Shown here: one piece after another, positions 29,318 to 39,784 of the stretch | How positions within the stretch are numbered: position 1 is the first letter of the stretch | How the letters are laid out: every line of letters begins with the position of its first letter | Assembly: GCA_035402805.1 (NCBI GenBank) | Contig: DAONDY010000001.1 | Location: 253,672-317,671, forward strand | Direction of reading: 5' to 3' | DNA length: 64,000 nt | Source: Candidatus Woesebacteria bacterium | GTDB lineage: Bacteria; Patescibacteriota; Microgenomatia; UBA12405 | Position numbers and translations under genes: made by a program | The notes under the pieces: generated by a model | Seen by the model: only the letters and a program-made list of their open reading frames with translations | Database searches by the model: none | Told to the model about the DNA's origin: nothing

Positions 29318-30640
29318 ATGGCCGAAAATAATCAAAATGAATTAGTTAGTAAAATCGTCAGTCTTTGCAAAAGACGAGGAATAATTTTTCAAAATTCTGA
29401 AATCTATGGTGGTGTTCAAGGTTTTTACGACTACGGCCCAATTGGTTCTTTAATGAAACTTAACTGGAAAAATCTTTGGTGGAACGATAATATTACTCAT
29501 CGTCGCGATGTTGTTGGTATTGACGGTTCTATTATTACTCATCCAAAAGTTTGGGAAGCATCAGGTCATGTCAAAAATTTTGCCGATATTATGGTTGAAT
29601 GTAAAAAATGTCATAAAAGATTCCGCCCAGATTTATTGGAAGATTCGTCAAAATGCCCCGAATGTGGTGGTGAATTCACTACTGGTCGCAAATATAATAT
29701 TTTATTTGAAACTGAAATTGGTGTCATTGAAGGTGAAAAACAACATGCTTATTTAAGAGGGGAGGCTTGTCAAACTATTTATCTCGATTTTAAAAATATT
29801 GTTGACTCTTGCCGAGTTAAAATTCCTTTTGGTATTGCCCAAATCGGAAAAGCTTTTAGAAATGAAATCACTCCAAAAAATTTTTTATATCGCACCCGTG
29901 AATTTGAACAATGGGATATTCAATATTTTGTTCATCCGTCAGAAATGGAAAAATGGTATGAATATTGGAAAGAAAATCGTATGAATTGGTATAAAAAAAT
30001 ATTTAATAATCCAGATAATTTAAGATTTAGACAACATGAAAAAGACGAACTTGCTTTTTACGCTAAAAAAGCTTTTGATATTGAATATAATTCTCCCTGG
30101 GGTTGGGCCGAAATGGAAGGAATTCATTGGCGTTCCGATTATGATCTAACTCAACATTCTAAATTTAGTGGCCAAGATTTAACTTATATCGATCCAACTA
30201 CTCACGAAAAATACTTGCCTCATATAACTGAATGTTCTGGTGGTGTCGATCGTAGTTTCTTTTTTATACTTCTCGATGCCTACCATGAAGAAAAAACTGA
30301 ATCTGGCGAAATCAGAACCGTTCTTAAAATTAATCCTAAAATTTCCGCTTATAAAATGGCCATTCTCCCCCTTGCCGCCAATAAACCAGAACTTATTAAA
30401 AAAGCTGAAGATATTTTTGAAAAATTAAATGAAAAGTACTCGGTTGACTATGATGATTCCAGTAATATTGGCAAAAAATATCGCCGCCAAGATGAAATCG
30501 GTACTCCATGGTGTTTGGTTGTTGATTATCAAACAATGGAAGATGGCACCGTCAGTATTCGAGATCGTGATACTATGCAACAAATCAGAATTAATTCCGA
30601 TGAGGTTGACAGTTGGTTAGAAAAACAGTTAAATAAATGA
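29318..30640 (+). CDS. glyS: Glycine--tRNA ligase (alpha2 type)
   Basis: YDYGP, GKAFRNEITP..RTREFEQ and RRQDEIGTP motifs. Confidence 0.95.
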   Translation: MAENNQNELVSKIVSLCKRRGIIFQNSEIYGGVQGFYDYGPIGSLMKLNWKNLWWNDNITHRRDVVGIDGSIITHPKVWEASGHVKNFADIMVECKKCHKRFRPDLLEDSSKCPECGGEFTTGRKYNILFETEIGVIEGEKQHAYLRGEACQTIYLDFKNIVDSCRVKIPFGIAQIGKAFRNEITPKNFLYRTREFEQWDIQYFVHPSEMEKWYEYWKENRMNWYKKIFNNPDNLRFRQHEKDELAFYAKKAFDIEYNSPWGWAEMEGIHWRSDYDLTQHSKFSGQDLTYIDPTTHEKYLPHITECSGGVDRSFFFILLDAYHEEKTESGEIRTVLKINPKISAYKMAILPLAANKPELIKKAEDIFEKLNEKYSVDYDDSSNIGKKYRRQDEIGTPWCLVVDYQTMEDGTVSIRDRDTMQQIRINSDEVDSWLEKQLNK

Positions 30641-30641
30641 T

Positions 30642-31346
30642 ATGAAAAAAATAACAATTATCTTGATTCCAATTATTTTTTTAGTTTTAATATTAATTTT
30701 TGTCCTTACCAAAACTAAAAAAACTACCATTAATATTCCAACTGAAACCAAAAAAACTTCTAAAGAAATCCAATTATCTGATGATGAAAAACCAGTTGTC
30801 AGCCTTATACCTCGAGTAGATGGACATAATTTAACACTTAAAATTACTAATATTCCCGACAAATTTACTACTGTTGATTACGAATTAATTTATACTGCTG
30901 AAGATGAAGGTTTAGAAATTGAAAAAGGCGTTAGCGGTACGGTTAAATTAACCGGTTCTGAATTAGAAAAAGATGATCTATTGTTGGGAACTTCTAGCTG
31001 TACTAATGGTTGTAAATATAAATATGACGAAGGAGTTAATGGTGGCACACTCACCTTAACTTTAACCACCTCTGATAAACAATATGTCAGTTATGAAACT
31101 CCTTTCACTTTAAAAAGTGCCACTAATCTCAATAAATCCAAAAAATTAACCTTAGATTCTGAGGGCTTAATCATTAATGGTACTGTCAATTCTAAAAATG
31201 ACTATTTTATAGTAATTAAGAATTTTAATTCTGTTTATTCTGTTTTTTCCAGTGGCAACGGTAAAGGTAAAATTACCTCGATTGAACCAAGCACTGTCAC
31301 TAAAACTGATTTAACATCAATAGTTGGTGATTATATTTCTAAATAA
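30642..31346 (+). CDS. Hypothetical secreted/membrane-anchored protein
   Basis: N-terminal TM; LLLGTSSC..CKYKYD. Confidence 0.7.
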   Translation: MKKITIILIPIIFLVLILIFVLTKTKKTTINIPTETKKTSKEIQLSDDEKPVVSLIPRVDGHNLTLKITNIPDKFTTVDYELIYTAEDEGLEIEKGVSGTVKLTGSELEKDDLLLGTSSCTNGCKYKYDEGVNGGTLTLTLTTSDKQYVSYETPFTLKSATNLNKSKKLTLDSEGLIINGTVNSKNDYFIVIKNFNSVYSVFSSGNGKGKITSIEPSTVTKTDLTSIVGDYISK

Positions 31347-32218
31347 TGGATTTTCATATTCCAGTTTTATCTGCCGAAATTATCGATTTTTTTGATATTC
31401 AAAAAGGTAAAATTTACATTGACGGCACTCTTGGTCACGGAGGACATGCTCTTGAAATTCTTAAAAAAGGCGGAGTTGTTTATGGTATAGACCAAGATCC
31501 TCAAAATTTAAAAATCGCTACCAATCGCATTAAAGAAGCCGGTTTTGAAAATCAATTTTTTCCTATACATAACAATTTTAATAAACTGGAAAATATTGTA
31601 AAAAATAAGATTAAACAAAAAATTGACGGCTTGATCATTGATTTAGGGTTGAGTCAAAATCAACAAACCAATCAGGGAAGGGGATTTTCTTTTAACGATA
31701 AGATATCTTTAGATATGCGCCTTGACACTCAAAAACAAGAATTAACTGCCGAAAATATTATTAATACCTACGACTACAACGAACTTTTTGAGATTTTTAG
31801 TAAGTATGCTCAAGAAGTTTATGCTAAACCAATTATTTTAAAAATAATTAGTGAACGTCAAAAATCACCCATTAAAACAGCCACTAAATTAGCTGATATC
31901 ATCCGAGATTTTTATAAAAATCATCACCTTAAATCAAAAATAGATCCTAGTACTAAAATTTTTATGGCCCTTCGAATCGTAGTTAACGATGAATTTGAAA
32001 ATTTAAAAAAACTACTTACTCAAAGCCTAAAAGTTGTTAAAAAAGATGGAAAAGTTTGTATTATCACCTTTCACTCTGGAGAAGACCGTATTGTTAAGTT
32101 GTTTTTAAATCAAAACCCTTTATGTTTAGCCCAAAAACCAATCAAACCTTCTTTTGAAGAAATAAAATATAATCCACTCTCTCGCTCAGCCACCCTAAGA
32201 TCGTATAGAATAGTATAA
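31346..32218 (+). CDS. rsmH: 16S rRNA m4C1402 methyltransferase
   Basis: HIPVL, DGTLGHGGH, LDMR, ALRIVVNDE, FHSGED and NPLSRSA motifs. Confidence 0.95.
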   Translation: MDFHIPVLSAEIIDFFDIQKGKIYIDGTLGHGGHALEILKKGGVVYGIDQDPQNLKIATNRIKEAGFENQFFPIHNNFNKLENIVKNKIKQKIDGLIIDLGLSQNQQTNQGRGFSFNDKISLDMRLDTQKQELTAENIINTYDYNELFEIFSKYAQEVYAKPIILKIISERQKSPIKTATKLADIIRDFYKNHHLKSKIDPSTKIFMALRIVVNDEFENLKKLLTQSLKVVKKDGKVCIITFHSGEDRIVKLFLNQNPLCLAQKPIKPSFEEIKYNPLSRSATLRSYRIV

Positions 32219-32219
32219 G

Positions 32220-32477
32220 ATGTTTAACAAACCATTCTTTATAATTCTCTTTATTCTCATCGCCAGTCAAATTCTTTTTTCTTTCTATTACTCTAGCGAG
32301 ATTATCAATCAAAATAATATTATCAATCAAAACCAAACAACCCTTCAATCTTTAAAAATAACCAATCAAGAATTAGAAAAACAACTAACTTCGCTAACAT
32401 CTTTGAATCAAATTCAATTTTTGGTTGATCAAAAAAATTATATAAACTTAAAAGAAACTCTTAACCTTCAAAATTAA
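32220..32477 (+). CDS. FtsL-like cell division protein
   Basis: TM plus coiled coil, located between rsmH and the PBP gene. Confidence 0.6.
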   Translation: MFNKPFFIILFILIASQILFSFYYSSEIINQNNIINQNQTTLQSLKITNQELEKQLTSLTSLNQIQFLVDQKNYINLKETLNLQN

Positions 32478-32478
32478 A

Positions 32479-34128
32479 GTGATAAATCAAAGATCTAAAA
32501 TATTATCTATTGCCTTAACTTTTTGCTTCATCTTAGTTTCATCGCGTCTTTTTTATTGGCAAATAATAAAAGGACCAGAGCTAAGGGAAAAAGCTCAAAA
32601 CCAAGCTTATAAACTAGAAAAAATAATACCAGAACGAGGGAAAATATATTCATCAGATAATTTTCCCTTGGTTTTAAACCAAACCACCTATCAATTATCA
32701 ATTTATAAACCAAATCTTAAAGACAGCCTAGACGAAGTCATCGATAAAATAGAGCAAAATTATCCTAACTTTAAACTTGAAAATAATATTTCCATTGATA
32801 AATTTAAAAACAATCCAAATCAAAAATGGATTACTTTTAACTCGTTTTTTAGTGATAGCCAAAAAAAACAACTAGAAATCCCTGGGCTTGAATTTCAAAA
32901 AATAGCCAAAAGATATTATCCAGAAAATTTAATGGCCAAGGATATTCTCGGAATAATAAGTAAAGATTATCAAGGATCACCAGTTGGTTATGGTGGATTA
33001 GAAGCTTTTTATCAAAAACAGCTAAAAGGAAAAACTGGGTTCGTTTGGGCCCCACAAGATGCCACTGGCAAAACCATTTTAAACAAAAAAAGTTGGAGCT
33101 CTGAATCAATAAATGGTAGAGATATTTTTACTTCTATTAATCGAAGTGCTCAATTTTATGTTGAAAAACTATTACAAGAGGGTATAGATAAATATTCCGC
33201 CGACTCTGGTTCTATCACCGTTATGGAACCAAAAACCGGAGCCATTTTAGCTATGGCCTCTTTAACCAGTACTAGCTCCGCTACTATCAGTTCGATTAGA
33301 AATCCGGCTATTTCCGACCTTTTTGAACCAGGATCAATTTTTAAACCCATTGTTGTGTCTATGGCTCTAGATAATAAATCTATAAATACAGATTTTATCT
33401 GTAGCCAATGTCATCAACCTAACGTTATTGGTAAGTACTTTATCAGCAATTGGGATAATGAATTTCATCCTAACTCCAGTCTTCAAGATATTATTAAAAA
33501 TTCGGATAATATCGGTATGAGTTATATAATCGAAAAACTCGGAAAAGATGATTTTTTGAAATACTGTCAGAAATTAGGACTCAACCAAAAAACTGGAATT
33601 GATCTTCAAGGAGAAGCTAAACCGTCTTTAAAAACTGAATGGCCTGAAATCGACCTAGCTACCGCTTCTTTTGGTCAAGGAATTGTTGTTACTCAAATCA
33701 ACATGCTTCAAGCTTTTAATACCATTGCTAATAATGGTGTCTTGGTTAAACCAAAAGTTGCTAATTATTTTACAGAAGGGGATAAAATCATAAAAAATAA
33801 GAACCAGACCGAGACAAAAGTATTTAGCGATCAAACTATCACCGATGTTAAGGCAATTCTAAAATATGCTGTTGAAAATGGTGTTGTTTCACAATTTAAG
33901 CCAAAGAAACTAGAAGTTTGTGCTAAAAGCGGTACCGCTCAAATAGCTATTGGAGGAAAATACACCGATTCAAAAACTATTGCTTCATATATAGGATTTT
34001 CGCCTTGTGACAATCCTAAATTCACCATGATTGTCACCATTAATAATCCCAAAACTTCTCCCTGGGGATCAAGTACCGCCGCTCCAATTTGGTACGAATT
34101 AGCGTCAAAACTAAACGATTTGTTATAA
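32479..34128 (+). CDS. ftsI: Class B penicillin-binding protein (FtsI-like)
   Basis: RG.I, RYYP, EPGSIFK (SxxK), SDN and KSGT motifs; dcw position. Confidence 0.85.
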   Translation: MINQRSKILSIALTFCFILVSSRLFYWQIIKGPELREKAQNQAYKLEKIIPERGKIYSSDNFPLVLNQTTYQLSIYKPNLKDSLDEVIDKIEQNYPNFKLENNISIDKFKNNPNQKWITFNSFFSDSQKKQLEIPGLEFQKIAKRYYPENLMAKDILGIISKDYQGSPVGYGGLEAFYQKQLKGKTGFVWAPQDATGKTILNKKSWSSESINGRDIFTSINRSAQFYVEKLLQEGIDKYSADSGSITVMEPKTGAILAMASLTSTSSATISSIRNPAISDLFEPGSIFKPIVVSMALDNKSINTDFICSQCHQPNVIGKYFISNWDNEFHPNSSLQDIIKNSDNIGMSYIIEKLGKDDFLKYCQKLGLNQKTGIDLQGEAKPSLKTEWPEIDLATASFGQGIVVTQINMLQAFNTIANNGVLVKPKVANYFTEGDKIIKNKNQTETKVFSDQTITDVKAILKYAVENGVVSQFKPKKLEVCAKSGTAQIAIGGKYTDSKTIASYIGFSPCDNPKFTMIVTINNPKTSPWGSSTAAPIWYELASKLNDLL

Positions 34129-34139
34129 TTAAACACCAA

Positions 34140-35456
34140 ATGATTCAAAAACTTAAAAATATTTTTATTCATCTACCAAAAAGTATTTTTTACAATTTCT
34201 ATTACGGTTTTCCCTCAAAAAAACTAACTCTCATCGGAGTTACTGGTACAGATGGCAAAACCACCACCTGCACCCTAATTCATGAAATTTTAAAACAATC
34301 TGGCCTAAAAACAGGATTAATTACCACTATTGGAGCCAAAGTTGAAGACCGGGAAATCGATACTGGTTTTCACACTACTACACCAGATCCATCTTTACTT
34401 CAAAAAATTTTGGCCGAAATGGTTAAGGCCGGTATGACTCATGTTGTTTGTGAAGTTACTTCTCACGCTCTTGATCAATATCGTTTTTTAGGTTGTCAAT
34501 TTGAAATTTCTGGAATTACTAATACCTCTCACGAACATCTTGATTATCATAAAAATTTAACCAATTACATCAACACTAAAGCCAAGTTATTTTCTATATC
34601 AAAAAGTGCTGTTTTAAATAAAGACGATCAATCCTTTGAAATTATTAAAAAACAAATTAAAACTCCCTTTAAAACATTTAGTATTAAAGAAAATTCCGAT
34701 TATCAAGCCAAAAAAATTAAGTTAGATCAAAATCTACTTAACTTTGAAGTCAACGATCAAAAATTTACTACCGATAGTAATTATGAATATCAAATTTACA
34801 ATATTCTTTTAGCTTTAGCCATTTGCCAAAAATTAAAAATTGATTTAAGTCTTGTTCAGAAAACCATAGAACATTTTCCTGAAACTAAAGGTCGTCGAGA
34901 AGAAATTCCAAATGATTTTAAATTTAAAACTATTATCGATTTTGCCCACACTCCTTTTGCTTTGGAAGCCTCACTTTCATCACTTAGAAAAATAGATAAA
35001 GGTAATCTTATTGTTATTTTTGGTGCCACCGGAGGACGAGACCAAAGCAAACGCCCTGAGATGGGTAAAGTTGTTTCTAAACAAGCTAATATTGCTTTTA
35101 TTACCGCCGACGATACTCGAAACGAAAAAATAGAAGATATTAATAAACAAATAATTAGCGGAATTGACCCCAAAAAATCAGAGTTGATCGATTATCAGGA
35201 AATAAAAAACAAAAAACAAATTCAAAATATAATTGAATTATCAAAACAAAAATTTATTTATTTTAATATTCCTAATCGGCAAGACGCTTTCAATCTAGCT
35301 ATAAAATTTGCCCAACCACAGGACATTGTTATTGCCTGCGGTAAAGGTCACGAAACCACTATTCTTCACGGCCGCACTGAATATCCCTGGTCAGAAGCCG
35401 AAGCTTTCAGAACCGCTTTTAGACTTAAAAAATTAAATAAAAATGGCTCAATTTAA
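34140..35456 (+). CDS. murE: MurE-family Mur ligase
   Basis: GVTGTDGKTT, EVTSH, HLDYH, DFAHT and GKGHE motifs. ATG at 34140. Confidence 0.85.
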   Translation: MIQKLKNIFIHLPKSIFYNFYYGFPSKKLTLIGVTGTDGKTTTCTLIHEILKQSGLKTGLITTIGAKVEDREIDTGFHTTTPDPSLLQKILAEMVKAGMTHVVCEVTSHALDQYRFLGCQFEISGITNTSHEHLDYHKNLTNYINTKAKLFSISKSAVLNKDDQSFEIIKKQIKTPFKTFSIKENSDYQAKKIKLDQNLLNFEVNDQKFTTDSNYEYQIYNILLALAICQKLKIDLSLVQKTIEHFPETKGRREEIPNDFKFKTIIDFAHTPFALEASLSSLRKIDKGNLIVIFGATGGRDQSKRPEMGKVVSKQANIAFITADDTRNEKIEDINKQIISGIDPKKSELIDYQEIKNKKQIQNIIELSKQKFIYFNIPNRQDAFNLAIKFAQPQDIVIACGKGHETTILHGRTEYPWSEAEAFRTAFRLKKLNKNGSI

Positions 35457-36036
35457 CTTAAAAAATACCAAAAGTATTGAAGAAAATTATCAAAGCGGAC
35501 TTTTACCTCAAAGGAATGATAAAAATTCCTTTTACTTTCAAACGAGCAGTCGTTCTAATTTAGAAAATTTTAATCTTAGTTCAGAAAATCGCCGAATATT
35601 ACGAAAAACCGAAAATTTCACTTTCGAGAAAAAAAGCCTTAATGATTTTGACTATAATTTTAAAGTTCAAAAAGACATAGCTGGTTGGATAAAAAATCTA
35701 TCTTGGAATTTTCCCGTTAGCTCCGTCAAAAATGTTTTTAAAAATCATATTTTTAATTATCTATACATTTGGAAAGACGAAAAAAACGAAATTATTGCCT
35801 ATTCTTTGTGTTATTTTTCAAAAAATATCAGTCACATTGCTTATGTTTTTTATAATCCTGCCCTTGCTAATAGCAATTTACCAATTAGGCTAGTACTTCA
35901 AGCTATTATTGATAGTCAAAAATTAGGTTTAAAATATTGTTATCTCGGTCGTTTCTCCTTAGAATCCGGTTATTATAAAAGAAATATGCCTGGTTTTGAA
36001 TATTTTAAAGATAATAATTGGGTTACACTTAATTAA
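35443..36036 (+). CDS. Aminoacyl-tRNA transferase (ATE/Bpt)-like GNAT-fold protein
   Basis: C-terminal FYNP..LQAIIDSQKLGLKYCYLG..YYK resembles ATE_C. Confidence 0.55.
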   Translation: MAQFNLKNTKSIEENYQSGLLPQRNDKNSFYFQTSSRSNLENFNLSSENRRILRKTENFTFEKKSLNDFDYNFKVQKDIAGWIKNLSWNFPVSSVKNVFKNHIFNYLYIWKDEKNEIIAYSLCYFSKNISHIAYVFYNPALANSNLPIRLVLQAIIDSQKLGLKYCYLGRFSLESGYYKRNMPGFEYFKDNNWVTLN

Positions 36037-36039
36037 TAT

Positions 36040-37413
36040 ATGCACATCCATATTCTAGGCATCGCTGGTACGATGACCGCTCCTTTAGCCGTCGCCTTAA
36101 AAAAGGAAGGACACTTAATCACTGGTTCTGACCAAGAAAAAATTTATCCGCCTGTCAGTACTATTTTAAAAAAATCTAATATTAAAATTAATTCTCAAAA
36201 AATTGATTCTACTATCGATTTGGCCATAATTGGCGGATCATACTCCAGTTTTCAAAAAACCAAAGAAGAATTTGAGCAAATTAAAAAACTTAAAATTAAA
36301 TATATATCCGCAAGTGAGTTTATAGCTCAAAAATTAATTAAAGAAAATTCTGTTTTAATTGCCGGAACATATGGAAAAACTACCATCACTTCCTTAGTTT
36401 CCTGGATCTTTTGTCAATCAAATTTTAATCCAAATTATATGTTTGGAGGCGAAGCCATTAATCACTTTCCCTCTACCAATATTTCTTCGTCAAATTGGTC
36501 TGTAGTTGAAGCCGATGAATCAATTCACGGACTCGACAACCAAGCTAAATTTTTGTATTACCCAGTTAAGTTCTTAACATTAACTAGTGCTGATTGGGAA
36601 CACAAAGACTCATATTCCACAGAAATTGCCAATTTTAATGCTTTTAAAAAACTCATAACCAATGTTCCAGAAAATGGATTTTTACTCGTCAATTCTAAAG
36701 GTTTTCAAACTAAAGAGTTAAGCCTTTATTCTAAAACAAGAATAATCACATATAACTCATCAAATTCGGACTACTATCTAAAACATATAAAAATAAAAAA
36801 GAGTTATTCTGTTTTAAATATCAGAACCCCCAGAAATATTATTGAAATCAAAACTAAATTAATAGGTCAATTTAATTTTGAAAATATTCTAGCAGCAGTC
36901 GCTCTAACCGACAGTCTCAATATTAATCAAACTATTATCAAAAAGGCCATTTTCAATTTCAAGGGAATTAAACGCCGAATTGAAAAAATTTATGACCAAA
37001 ATAAAATTACCATCTTTGATGATTTTGCCCAATCTTCAAATAGAATTAAATCTACATTAGAAAGTATTAAATCTCATTTTCCCAAAAGAAATATAAAAAT
37101 TCTTTATCAACCTCATGCTTCCTTTATTCAATATAAAGAAAGCTTAAAAGATTTTAAAAACGCTTTCTCCTTAGCTTCTGAAATTGTTTTATCAAAAATA
37201 AATTACAACCATAACATTGATAAAAACAACCGCACTACTGCCAAAGATTTTAGAGATATTATCGGTTCAAAATTAGTTTATATACCGATAGACGAAGACA
37301 TTATTAATTTTTATAAACAAAACCTCAAATCTGGCGATATTTTAATAAATATGAGTTCTGGCGGTCTTAATGGAAACAACATTGTCAAATCTGTTATTAA
37401 TTATTTAAAATAA
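36040..37413 (+). CDS. Mpl/MurC-family Mur ligase (Mpl-like N-terminus)
   Basis: MHIHILGIAGTM..GSD, AGTYGKTT, EADE, GIKRR and DDFA motifs. Confidence 0.75.
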   Translation: MHIHILGIAGTMTAPLAVALKKEGHLITGSDQEKIYPPVSTILKKSNIKINSQKIDSTIDLAIIGGSYSSFQKTKEEFEQIKKLKIKYISASEFIAQKLIKENSVLIAGTYGKTTITSLVSWIFCQSNFNPNYMFGGEAINHFPSTNISSSNWSVVEADESIHGLDNQAKFLYYPVKFLTLTSADWEHKDSYSTEIANFNAFKKLITNVPENGFLLVNSKGFQTKELSLYSKTRIITYNSSNSDYYLKHIKIKKSYSVLNIRTPRNIIEIKTKLIGQFNFENILAAVALTDSLNINQTIIKKAIFNFKGIKRRIEKIYDQNKITIFDDFAQSSNRIKSTLESIKSHFPKRNIKILYQPHASFIQYKESLKDFKNAFSLASEIVLSKINYNHNIDKNNRTTAKDFRDIIGSKLVYIPIDEDIINFYKQNLKSGDILINMSSGGLNGNNIVKSVINYLK

Positions 37414-37416
37414 TCT

Positions 37417-38745
37417 ATGTCTAGATATATCATAACCGGTGGTAATCAACTTAAAGGCGAAGTCTCTATTAGAGGCGCTAAAAACGCTAGTTTTAAACAA
37501 ATAATTGCCTCAATGTTGACTAATAAAACTGTTTCATTAAATAATATTCCTCAAATATCTGATGTAAAAATAACTTTAAGCATTGCTAAAAGTCTTGGTT
37601 GCCAAGCAAAACAAATAGGTGAACATTGCCTTGAATTAACTACTCCAAAAATAAATAAATCAATTGTTCCCAGTGGTACTGGAGAAAAATCTCGAACCTC
37701 TTTTATGTTTGTAGCTCCGCTTCTGGCCAGAACTGGTACTGCCACAATTCCATCACCAGGAGGGGATAAATTAGGCAACCGACCTCTCGATCGTCTTTTC
37801 GATTGTTTTTCTCAAATGAATATAAAAACTTCTGAAAAAGAAAACGAAATTACTTTCAACACCGACAAAATCATTGGGACTCATTACACTTTTACTAAAC
37901 CGTCACATACTGTTACTGAAGTAATTATTATGACTGCTGTTTTAGCCCAAGGTGAAACAATTATTGATAATGCTGCTCTAGAACCAGAAATTGATGATCT
38001 TATTTTAATGTTAAATGAAATGGGAGCCAAAATTGAAAGAGATCCATCCAATAACAAAAGAATTACCATCCAAGGCGTTTCTTTATTAAACGGAACTGAA
38101 CACAGCGTAATTTGCGATCGAAACGAAATTGTCACTTTCGCTTGTGCCGCTTTAGCCACCAAAGGTTCTATCTGCATTCTTAGAATAAAACCAGACGTAG
38201 TCAAAACATTTTTAGACGTTATAAAAAAAATGGGGGCCGAAGTTAAAGTTGGTAATGATGAAATCTGTATTCAATGGGTTAAACCATTAACTAATATAGA
38301 TATCGAAACTGGTCCAGAACCTATGTTTATGACCGATTGGCAAGCCATCTTTACTGTTCTATTGACCCAAACTGTAGGGTGTAGTTCACTTATTGAAACA
38401 GTTTTTCCAAATAGATTTCAACATATTGAAAATCTCAAAAAAATGGGTGGAAAATTCAATTTCTTTAATCCACCTGTTAAAGATCCAGATAATTATTATC
38501 AATTCAATAAAGAAAGTGATAATCCTCAATACTTCCACGGTGTAAAAATATATGGACCAACCATGCTTAAACCAGCCAACTTTGTTATTAGTGACCTTCG
38601 AGCCGGAGCTTCAGCTACTGTTGCCGCTCTAACAGCTCAAGGAAAATCAATTATTGATGGAGTTGAATACATAGAAAGGGGATATGAAAAATTAGCTGAA
38701 CGTCTTTCTTCTTTAGGTGCTAACATAGAATATATAAAAACGTAA
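37417..38745 (+). CDS. murA: UDP-N-acetylglucosamine 1-carboxyvinyltransferase
   Basis: GAKNA, PGGD.LG.RP, EPEI, DLRAGA and RGYE motifs. Confidence 0.93.
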   Translation: MSRYIITGGNQLKGEVSIRGAKNASFKQIIASMLTNKTVSLNNIPQISDVKITLSIAKSLGCQAKQIGEHCLELTTPKINKSIVPSGTGEKSRTSFMFVAPLLARTGTATIPSPGGDKLGNRPLDRLFDCFSQMNIKTSEKENEITFNTDKIIGTHYTFTKPSHTVTEVIIMTAVLAQGETIIDNAALEPEIDDLILMLNEMGAKIERDPSNNKRITIQGVSLLNGTEHSVICDRNEIVTFACAALATKGSICILRIKPDVVKTFLDVIKKMGAEVKVGNDEICIQWVKPLTNIDIETGPEPMFMTDWQAIFTVLLTQTVGCSSLIETVFPNRFQHIENLKKMGGKFNFFNPPVKDPDNYYQFNKESDNPQYFHGVKIYGPTMLKPANFVISDLRAGASATVAALTAQGKSIIDGVEYIERGYEKLAERLSSLGANIEYIKT

Positions 38746-38749
38746 TTTT

Positions 38750-39784
38750 ATGATGCATTTATATCTTGGTTTATTACTTTTTTCTTTTTTAATCACTAGT
38801 ATTTTAGTTGTTCCTTTTATTAATCTTCTCTATAAACTTAAGTTTCAAAGACAAATTCAAAAAACTACCGACTTCCAAAATAAAAGAACCACTATTTTTG
38901 ATAAATTTCACAACCAAAAATCTGGCACTCCTGTTGGTGGCGGTCTTCTGATAATAGTCTCAGTTTGTTTAATGTTTATAATTCTTTTCCCCATACTTAA
39001 ATTCTCCAGAATCTTTATTTCCTCCAACTACAATATAGAGAACGAATTATTTATTCTCTTTTTTACCTTTATAAGCTTTGGATTATTAGGACTTTATGAC
39101 GACATCTATAAATTTTTCGGATTTAAAAAAACTGGCTTTTTCGGCTTGAAGATGGTCCACAAATTTATATTACAAATATTGATCTCTTTAGTTATTTCTT
39201 TAATGATTTATTTTAAACTTAAGATCGAATTCATTTATATACCCTTTTTAGGTCCCATTCACTTAGGATTTTTCTTTGTTCCTATTTCAACTGTTATTAT
39301 CACCGGTTTTGCTAATTTCTTTAATATAAGTGACGGCCTAGACGGGCTTTCTTGTGGATTATTAATGATTGCCTTATTTTCATTTTGGATTTTAGCCAGC
39401 AACTCTTTAGACACCGTCATTTCTTCTTTTCTGGCACTTTGGATTGGTGCTCTAATCGCTTTCTTGTATTTTAATGTTTATCCAGCCAGAATCTGGCTTG
39501 GCGATGTTGGCTCACTTTCCTTTGGAGCCACTTTTGCGGTCATTGCTCTTTTATTAGGAAAAATAGTCCCCTTAATAATTGTTGGCTCACCCTTCATTAT
39601 TGAAGGTATGTCCAGTGCTATTCAGCTAATTAGTAAAAAATATTTTAAAAAGAAAATTTTTCCAGCCGCTCCGCTTCATTTAACCCTTCAAAGTATTGGT
39701 TGGGAAGAACCAAAAATAGTTATGCGTGCTTGGTTGGCTGGAATTATATTAGCAATCTTTGGATTATGGCTGGGAATAAATTAG
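38750..39784 (+). CDS. mraY: Phospho-N-acetylmuramoyl-peptide transferase
   Basis: K.GTP.GGG, YDD, DGLDGL, FNVYPA.I..GDVGS and APLH motifs. Confidence 0.93.
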   Translation: MMHLYLGLLLFSFLITSILVVPFINLLYKLKFQRQIQKTTDFQNKRTTIFDKFHNQKSGTPVGGGLLIIVSVCLMFIILFPILKFSRIFISSNYNIENELFILFFTFISFGLLGLYDDIYKFFGFKKTGFFGLKMVHKFILQILISLVISLMIYFKLKIEFIYIPFLGPIHLGFFFVPISTVIITGFANFFNISDGLDGLSCGLLMIALFSFWILASNSLDTVISSFLALWIGALIAFLYFNVYPARIWLGDVGSLSFGATFAVIALLLGKIVPLIIVGSPFIIEGMSSAIQLISKKYFKKKIFPAAPLHLTLQSIGWEEPKIVMRAWLAGIILAIFGLWLGIN

